A stretch of DNA of 64,000 nucleotides, from positions 1,282 to 65,281 of the forward strand of contig CAOLUI010000002.1 of assembly GCA_948479395.1 (NCBI GenBank), written 5' to 3'. This DNA comes from an uncultured Bacilli bacterium (GTDB lineage Bacteria > Bacillota_I > Bacilli_A > RF39 > UBA660). The notes under the pieces were generated by a model. The model had not been told where the DNA came from. It saw only the letters and a list, made by a program, of their open reading frames with translations, and made no database searches. Below are positions 57,746 to 64,000 of this stretch, piece by piece. Every line of letters starts with the position of its first letter. The first letter of the stretch is position 1. The translations under genes were made by a program, and so were the position numbers.

Positions 57746-58447
57746 ATGCCGCAAAAGGATTTTGGAAATTTTATCAAAGAAATTAGAAAAAAGAATAATT
57801 TAACCCAAAAACAATTAGCTGAAAAATATAATGTTACTTATCAAGCAGTTAGTAAATGGGAAAATGGTAAAAATATGCCTGATATGCTACTTATAAAACA
57901 AATGAGTACAGATTTTGGAATAAGTATTGAGGAATTATTAGATGGAGATTATAAAAAAAGTAAAAAGAAAAAAATCTCATTACTAATTATCTTGGGAATA
58001 TTTATTATTATTTTTTTGGGTGTAATTTTAATATTTATTTTTAAACAATCACAAAAAGAAAATAATTTTCAATTCAAGACTTTATCAAGTGAATGTAAGA
58101 ATTTTGATATTTCAGGTAATATTTCTTATAATGAAAATAAATCGGCGATATATATTACTAATATTAAATATTGTGGGAAAGATGATAGAGAAGAATATAA
58201 AGAGATAGAGTGCATTTTATATGAATCTAATAATAATATCGAAAGAAAAGTTAGCACATTTAAATCAAAACAGAAAGTAAAGTTGGAAGATTTTTTACAG
58301 AATGTTACTTTGTCAATTGATAATTATAAAAAAATTTGTAAAGAATATAAAGAAGGTAGTTTATACCTTTCTATAAATGCGACTGATTTTAATAATAAAA
58401 TTAGAACTTATAAAATTCCTTTAAAGTTTGATAGCTGTTCAAAATAA
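57746..58447 (+). CDS. Membrane-anchored XRE-family regulator (HTH, one TM helix, extracellular domain)
   Basis: HTH LTQKQLAEKYNVTYQAVSKWENGK, then the TM helix ISLLIILGIFIIIFLGVILIFIF, then a Cys-containing C-terminal domain. Confidence 0.65.
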   Translation: MPQKDFGNFIKEIRKKNNLTQKQLAEKYNVTYQAVSKWENGKNMPDMLLIKQMSTDFGISIEELLDGDYKKSKKKKISLLIILGIFIIIFLGVILIFIFKQSQKENNFQFKTLSSECKNFDISGNISYNENKSAIYITNIKYCGKDDREEYKEIECILYESNNNIERKVSTFKSKQKVKLEDFLQNVTLSIDNYKKICKEYKEGSLYLSINATDFNNKIRTYKIPLKFDSCSK

Positions 58448-58553
58448 AATTGTAATTTTACGAACTCAACTGAATGTTGAGTTTTTTCAACCATTTAGTT
58501 ATAGTTTTTTAAAAATATTTATTATAAGATGAAGTGGCAAAGGAGAAGAGGAT

Positions 58554-59258
58554 ATGAAAAAAAGATTAATTTGGATATTAGTGATAATTGCTAGTATTTT
58601 ATTAGGAGGAATAGGAAGTTTTTTAATTTTTGGTAAAACTAATAAGGAAGAATTATTACCTAAGCAAGAAAAATCGGAAGGATTAAGAGGAATATACGAT
58701 ATTGATAAAAATATTAATGAAAAAACGATTGATAATTATTTAGGAAGAAGCGATACCGTATATCGAGATGTGAGGATGCTTATGGATACTGCTACATGGG
58801 AAAATAAAGGCGGAGAAAGAGAATTAACAGGATTTGTAGAAGGATTTGAAGTTGTACCTTATGCTTTTTTAACAGAATTTCCACAGGAATATATAGATCA
58901 AAAAGCAAGTGAGAATGTATCTGGTTTGTATAAAGGAAAAACTTTATTTTCTTTAGATAAGAATGGTGAATATGTAGCTAACTATAAAGAGTCAATGGAA
59001 ATATTAGAATATCTTTTTCCTAAAGATAAATATATTTTTTTGATGTGTGGAGCAGGTGGTTATGCTAATTTTACAAAACAGATGTTAGTTTCTTTAGGTT
59101 GGGATAAAGATAAAATATATAATGTTGGTGGTTATTGGAATTATGAAGGAAATCATCGAATTAGTACGGTAAATAATTATGGATCTGAAATGAAATATGA
59201 TTTTTGGAAAGTAAATTATCATGATATTAATTTTGATAATTTATCAGAGATTAAATAA
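58554..59258 (+). CDS. Membrane-anchored rhodanese-like domain protein
   Basis: N-terminal TM helix. Rhodanese-like C-terminus with active-site-like FLMCGAGGYA and ...YNVGGYWNYEG. Confidence 0.4.
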   Translation: MKKRLIWILVIIASILLGGIGSFLIFGKTNKEELLPKQEKSEGLRGIYDIDKNINEKTIDNYLGRSDTVYRDVRMLMDTATWENKGGERELTGFVEGFEVVPYAFLTEFPQEYIDQKASENVSGLYKGKTLFSLDKNGEYVANYKESMEILEYLFPKDKYIFLMCGAGGYANFTKQMLVSLGWDKDKIYNVGGYWNYEGNHRISTVNNYGSEMKYDFWKVNYHDINFDNLSEIK

Positions 59259-60145
59259 TGAAAAAAAGATTATTCGTATATTTTGGAATAGGATTAATAT
59301 TTATACTAACCATAATGACTGTTTTATTATTTGTTAATAAAAAAGAAAAAAAGTTTTATTTAGAAAATCATTATTATACTTCTAGCGATGTGAAAGAGAT
59401 AAAAATGGACGATTTAAGTGATTTAATTAACAAAAAGGAATCTTTTGCTGTATTTGTATATCAACCTATGTGCGTTACTTCTTCAGATTTTGAAAAAGTT
59501 TTAAATGACTTTCTTGAAGATAACCAAATTAGTATTTATAAGATAGCTTTTTCAAATATTAAAGATACTGAAATAGGAAATTCAGTAAAATATTATCCGT
59601 CTTTTATGATTTTTAATCGGGGTAAAATGGTAGATTTTTTAGAAGCTAATAAAGATGAAGATGTTTTATATTATACTTCAAAAGAAAGTTTTGAGAGTTG
59701 GTTTACTAAATATATTAAATTAAAAGATAATTCTTTGAAAGAAGCGAAAATAGTTGAAGAAAATGAAGATAAGGAAGACTCTTTTTTTAAAGATATTAAT
59801 TTAGAAAAGGTGGTAAAAGAAGAAAATAAGGTAAATATTTATTTCTTTTATGGTCAAGGTTGTCCTCATTGTGAGGAAGAATTTGAGTTTTTTGAAAGTA
59901 TAAAAGAAAAATATGCTAATTATTATAATCTTTATTCTTTTGAGACTTGGTATAATGAGGAAAATGCGAAACTTATTTATACATTTGCTGATAGCATGGG
60001 AGATAAAATAAAAGGAGTTCCTTATACTATTATAGGAGATAAATCTTTTAATGGTTTTAGTGAGAAATATAAAAAAGATTTTATTAAAGCAATAGAGGAG
60101 CAACATAAAAGTAATTATGATGTTTATTTTGACAAAATAAAATAA
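59258..60145 (+). CDS. Membrane-anchored thioredoxin-fold thiol:disulfide oxidoreductase (CPHC active site)
   Basis: N-terminal TM helix. Two Trx-like modules; the second has FYGQGCPHCEEEFEFF (CxxC = CPHC, DsbA-like). Confidence 0.6.
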   Translation: MKKRLFVYFGIGLIFILTIMTVLLFVNKKEKKFYLENHYYTSSDVKEIKMDDLSDLINKKESFAVFVYQPMCVTSSDFEKVLNDFLEDNQISIYKIAFSNIKDTEIGNSVKYYPSFMIFNRGKMVDFLEANKDEDVLYYTSKESFESWFTKYIKLKDNSLKEAKIVEENEDKEDSFFKDINLEKVVKEENKVNIYFFYGQGCPHCEEEFEFFESIKEKYANYYNLYSFETWYNEENAKLIYTFADSMGDKIKGVPYTIIGDKSFNGFSEKYKKDFIKAIEEQHKSNYDVYFDKIK

Positions 60146-60215
60146 GAGTATATTGATCAATATGCTTTTTTTAAGGTATAATATTCTTAATTAATTGAGT
60201 AATGAGGTAATATAA

Positions 60216-60551
60216 ATGAAAAAAATTTTACTATTTTTAATAATTGGTACATTTTTAGCGGGTTGTAATAAAAAGGTAAATGAGCTGTCTTATAAAGATT
60301 TAATGAAAGAAAAAGATTATATAATTGTGGATGTAAGAACAGAAGAAGAGTTTAGGGAAAGTCATATTAAAGATGCTATTAATATTTCTTATGAAAAAAT
60401 AGATGGTAGTGAACTTGATAAAAATAAAAATATTTTTGTTTATTGTCGGAGCGGGAAGAGAAGCAAAATTGCTTTTGAAAAATTGAAGAATTTAGGATAT
60501 GAAGTTTATGATTTAGGTGCTTTTGCCGAAATAGATTTACCAAAGGAGTAA
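60216..60551 (+). CDS. Rhodanese-like lipoprotein
   Basis: Lipobox LAGC; single rhodanese domain with active-site VYCRSGKRS. Confidence 0.7.
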   Translation: MKKILLFLIIGTFLAGCNKKVNELSYKDLMKEKDYIIVDVRTEEEFRESHIKDAINISYEKIDGSELDKNKNIFVYCRSGKRSKIAFEKLKNLGYEVYDLGAFAEIDLPKE

Positions 60552-60554
60552 TAA

Positions 60555-61106
60555 ATGATGAAAATAAAATTAAGTGATAAAGCAACAAAAGAATTTTTTG
60601 ATGAATTTTTAAATGTAACCTGTTGTTATGAAAAAATAAAAAAAGATCCAACTAAAAAAATAGTTCCTTATACTAAAGAAATAATTAAATATATGTTAAT
60701 GATCTTTTTTTTAAATATTTTATTACTGTGCGCTTTTTTAATTCTTAAAGATAAGATTATTATGGTAGGTTTTTTGATTGATTTTATTTTAATGATAATA
60801 ATGTTTTGTTATTTATTATTGGTTAATTCGAAACTAAATAAGTTATTAAATGGAGATAAAATGGGAGAAATTGAACTGGATAAAACTAAGGTTTTGTTAA
60901 ATACTTTTAATGGACAATCGGTGAGATTTAATTGGACTGCATTAGAAGCAATAGTTATTTATAAATATGGTTTTTATTTAGTTCCTAAAGATATGAAAGG
61001 AATTATTTTAGCAATTGGAATAGAAGATCAAAAAAAATTTTTTAATTATATAAACAAAAATAAAATAAAAGTTAAAATTGTAGATAATTCAAAATTATAT
61101 AAATAG
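60555..61106 (+). CDS. Hypothetical membrane protein (YcxB-like)
   Basis: Two central TM helices; no catalytic motif. Confidence 0.35.
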   Translation: MMKIKLSDKATKEFFDEFLNVTCCYEKIKKDPTKKIVPYTKEIIKYMLMIFFLNILLLCAFLILKDKIIMVGFLIDFILMIIMFCYLLLVNSKLNKLLNGDKMGEIELDKTKVLLNTFNGQSVRFNWTALEAIVIYKYGFYLVPKDMKGIILAIGIEDQKKFFNYINKNKIKVKIVDNSKLYK

Positions 61107-61125
61107 GATAAAATAATATAAAAGA

Positions 61126-62130
61126 TTATTTAAGATATAAATCATAATATTCATCATATGTTAAGTTCTTATTAACAACATCAGTTGCAATTTCTATACC
61201 TAAATATCTAAGGTGCCATGGTTCTTCAATATATCCGGTGATATGTTGGTTTTCTTTGGTATAACGAACGATAAAACCAAATTTATATGAATTTTCTTTA
61301 AGCCATTTTGCATCATTTTCCTTAATGTAGTTATATCCTTCACTCCAAACATCTACAGCGAGTCCGGTTTGGTGTTCAGAGTGTCCTGGTCGTGCAGAGT
61401 AGGTATCGGCTTTTTCTTTACCATCTTTTATAACATAATTGTTATAAATAATTTCTTGGCGCTCATAAGAACGGTAAGCACTATAAGGACGAATGTATAG
61501 ATTATCTAGTTTAGCTTTAGAAACTAGTTCTTCAAAAGCATCTGCCGCTTTTTCGCGTAATTGATATTTAGAGTCGTAGCTAAGACTTTTTAAATCTTGA
61601 GGTTCATATTTTTCTAGGGTGTGGTATTTATTGACTAAAACAGTATATTCACTACTATTTTTTATAGAATTAATATTGGTATAAAAGTCATGATCAAGGC
61701 CAATATTTACTTTTAAAACTGCTTCCTCTAAAGAACAATTATTTTTAGTTCGATATTCTTCGTATCTATTTAGTTCATTAATTTCAAAGTTATGAATATT
61801 ATGGTATTTAGCAAAAATAGTATTAATATCTTCTGGAGAGTAATTATTAGAAAGAAGAGAATTTATTTCTTGAATAAAATTTTTTCTTTCAATATAATCA
61901 ATATTTTGATAAAACGTAGCATATTGTTCTTGAAAGTCATTACTTTCTAAAGCTATTTCTAAGGTTTTAGAATAAGTATTTTTGTCAATTTTTTCTAAAA
62001 TATGGTATTTTTTCATTAATGAAACCGCCTTACTATTATAAACTATTTTATTATTACTTTTAAAAAAATATGTAAATGAAAAAAAGATAGTTAATAAAAT
62101 AAGGCTTAAAAAAATTATTTTTTTATTCAT
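61126..62130 (-). CDS. VanY-like D-Ala-D-Ala carboxypeptidase (peptidase M15B)
   Basis: SAYRSYERQ...ARPGHSEHQTGLAVDV zinc-binding motifs; N-terminal signal/TM. Confidence 0.75.
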   Translation of the reverse strand: MNKKIIFLSLILLTIFFSFTYFFKSNNKIVYNSKAVSLMKKYHILEKIDKNTYSKTLEIALESNDFQEQYATFYQNIDYIERKNFIQEINSLLSNNYSPEDINTIFAKYHNIHNFEINELNRYEEYRTKNNCSLEEAVLKVNIGLDHDFYTNINSIKNSSEYTVLVNKYHTLEKYEPQDLKSLSYDSKYQLREKAADAFEELVSKAKLDNLYIRPYSAYRSYERQEIIYNNYVIKDGKEKADTYSARPGHSEHQTGLAVDVWSEGYNYIKENDAKWLKENSYKFGFIVRYTKENQHITGYIEEPWHLRYLGIEIATDVVNKNLTYDEYYDLYLK

Positions 62131-62490
62131 ATATTATGATTCCTTTACTTATAATATTATAGTATTTTATTTTATAAATAATATCAATAGTAAAGTTTAT
62201 TATAATTTTGATAGGAGGAATATTTTGTCAAATAGATTACCAAATTATACAGCAAAAGCAGAGAATATTAATATTATTACGCATGTAAAAGGAGCAATTT
62301 TTACTATAATAGGCTTTTTAATATTGTTTTTTAGCTATTAAAATTTGTGAATTGAGCATATAAATGTTTATTTGATAATTTTGGTATTTTTTTATGGTTT
62401 TGTTATTAGGAGAATTTAATGCACTATTTAATTATTTTGTCCTTTAGAATATTTTAAATTGTTTTTCATACGCTTTAACAGAGGTGAATT

Positions 62491-63639
62491 ATGAAGAAGT
62501 TGTTATTTGGATTTGGAATATTTTGGCTTTTTACTTTGTCAGTATTTGCTCAAGAAGATTTAGCTCCTAATTCTAAAAGTGCTATTTTATTAGAAATATC
62601 AACAGGAAGAGTTTTATATGAAAAAAATGCTAATGAAAAACTAGCTCCAGCATCAATGACGAAAGTTATGAGTATGCTTTTGATTATGGAAGCAATTGAT
62701 GCAGGAAAGTTAAGTTTTGATGATGATGTTATAATTAGTGAGAAGGCTTCTAGTATGGGTGGAAGTCAAATATTTTTACAAACAGGAGAAAAATATAAAG
62801 TTAAAGAATTATTAAAAGGAATAGCGATTGCAAGTGGAAATGATGCGGTCGTTGCTATGGCGGAAAAGGTTAGTGGAAGTGTAGAGGCATTTGTAAGTGA
62901 AATGAATAAAAGAGCTAAAGGACTAGGACTTACCAATACTCATTTTGATAATCCTCATGGACTTGATAGTGAAAATCATTATACAACAGCTAAGGATATG
63001 AGTATTATGGCGCAAGAATTATTGAAACATGAGGATATTTTAACTTTTACAAGCATTTATGAAGATTATTTGAAAAAAAATGATGGTTCTAGTATATGGC
63101 TGGTAAATACAAATAAATTAGTGAGATTTTATGATGGAGTAGATGGTTTAAAAACTGGATTTACAACAACTGCTGGGTATTGTGTTACAACAACAGCTAA
63201 GAAAAATAATATGCGTCTTTTATCGGTTGTTATGAATGCTTCTTCTAGTGATTTAAGAAGTAAGGATACAACTAACATGTTAAATTATGGTTTTAATAGT
63301 TATCAGTTAAATATAATTTTTAATAAAGAGAAGGATTTAGGGAAAATAAAGTTAGAAAAAGGTAAGGTAAAAGATGTAAATATTTTTTTGGAAAATGATA
63401 TTACAATTTTAGCCAAAGCGGGAGAACAATTAGAAAAATATGACTACAATATTGTAGTAGATGATTTAAATTTACCATTAACTAAAAATCAAAGAGTAGG
63501 TCATGTTGAAATAATAGATAATGAAGGGAATATTATAAAAGAAGAAAATTTAATTATTAAAGAAAATGTTGAAAAAGCTAATATTTGGGATTTATTTAAA
63601 AGAACTTTGGAATCTTTAAATAGTGGTAATACTATATGA
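62491..63639 (+). CDS. Serine-type D-Ala-D-Ala carboxypeptidase (peptidase S11, DacA/DacF-like low-MW PBP)
   Basis: Signal peptide, SxxK (SMTKVMS), SGN and KTG motifs. Confidence 0.85.
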   Translation: MKKLLFGFGIFWLFTLSVFAQEDLAPNSKSAILLEISTGRVLYEKNANEKLAPASMTKVMSMLLIMEAIDAGKLSFDDDVIISEKASSMGGSQIFLQTGEKYKVKELLKGIAIASGNDAVVAMAEKVSGSVEAFVSEMNKRAKGLGLTNTHFDNPHGLDSENHYTTAKDMSIMAQELLKHEDILTFTSIYEDYLKKNDGSSIWLVNTNKLVRFYDGVDGLKTGFTTTAGYCVTTTAKKNNMRLLSVVMNASSSDLRSKDTTNMLNYGFNSYQLNIIFNKEKDLGKIKLEKGKVKDVNIFLENDITILAKAGEQLEKYDYNIVVDDLNLPLTKNQRVGHVEIIDNEGNIIKEENLIIKENVEKANIWDLFKRTLESLNSGNTI

Positions 63640-63777
63640 AAATAATTAAATATTATTTTCAATTTTTTTTTGTGATGAATATATTGAAAAAAAAGACTCA
63701 TGATAATAAAGACTTATTTTTTTAGAATAATTTATGTTAGAATAAAGAAATTAAGTTTTAGAAAGAGGAATATATTT

Positions 63778-64000
63778 TTGATAAAATTTATAAAAAGATT
63801 AATATGGTTAGGAGTTATAGGCTTATTGTTTTTGGGGATAAAAAATAATTATTCTTTAATAGAGAATAATATAAAAGGAATAATTGCAAATGTTCTAGAT
63901 TCAAATAAAGATAATTGGACTAAATTTATTTCTTTAGGTGAGCTTGTTAATGACAAAGAGATAGATTCTTTAAAAGATTCGGGAATTACGGGAGATAATT
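63778..64000 (+). CDS. Hypothetical protein, 3' end runs off the window
   Basis: Open frame starting around 63778 (LIKFIKRLIWLGVIG... signal/TM) and continuing to the window end. Confidence 0.3.
   Translation, partial: MIKFIKRLIWLGVIGLLFLGIKNNYSLIENNIKGIIANVLDSNKDNWTKFISLGELVNDKEIDSLKDSGITGDN

Noticed and set aside
59801-60651. Minus-strand ORFs (119 and 90 aa) antisense to the thioredoxin-like and rhodanese genes
   Set aside because: They are low-complexity I/F/K-rich antisense frames overlapping supported genes.
63501-63701. Minus-strand 66-aa ORF at the DacA 3' end
   Set aside because: Antisense overlap; no RBS.
1-64000. CRISPR arrays, rRNA and tRNA genes
   Set aside because: There are no regularly spaced direct repeats with unique spacers, no rRNA-like conserved blocks and no cloverleaf-compatible tRNA candidates. 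The only repeats are the att-like motif copies and the paralogous IME backbones.

Overview
AT-rich (roughly 27% GC) chromosome segment, probably from a low-GC Firmicutes/Erysipelotrichia-like organism. It has three parts.

(1) Bases 1-26135 are one long, unidirectional, translationally coupled cell-wall polysaccharide locus. It contains a TagO/WecA initiating transferase, a GtrA-like protein, many glycosyltransferases, a TagG/TagH-like ABC exporter, a Wzx flippase, two GtrB/CsbB-like undecaprenyl-phosphate glycosyltransferases with DUF2304 and putative GT-C membrane partners, UDP-galactopyranose mutase (glf) and a GT4-DUF4422 fusion. A divergent glycyl-radical enzyme and its radical-SAM activase lie between wzx and the GT4-DUF4422 gene. 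PFOR, recG and a DUF975 gene follow.

(2) Bases ~32.5-54.7 kb are an accretion island. Two paralogous integrative-mobilizable-element modules (tyrosine integrase, MobV relaxase, AAA_25 Rep-like ATPase, small HTH protein, then plus-strand cargo) sit in tandem, apparently at the 3' end of a candidate small RNA gene. Partial copies of a CCCCCTGAAGA-containing hairpin/terminator motif mark the module boundaries. At the junction before the second integrase there is a retron-like unit: an extended -10 promoter, a ~260-nt structured ncRNA, a small transmembrane protein and a 389-aa reverse transcriptase with a YVDD motif. To the right lie a decayed third module (XRE fragment and pseudogenes) and an MqsR-like toxin paired with an HTH-Panacea antitoxin.

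(3) Bases 54.8-64 kb hold housekeeping and envelope genes: DUF421, a MATE efflux / cytidylate-kinase-like fusion with no ATG start, a membrane-anchored XRE regulator, a rhodanese/thioredoxin(CPHC)/rhodanese set, a VanY-like M15B peptidase and a DacA-like S11 carboxypeptidase.

No rRNA, tRNA or CRISPR array was seen.
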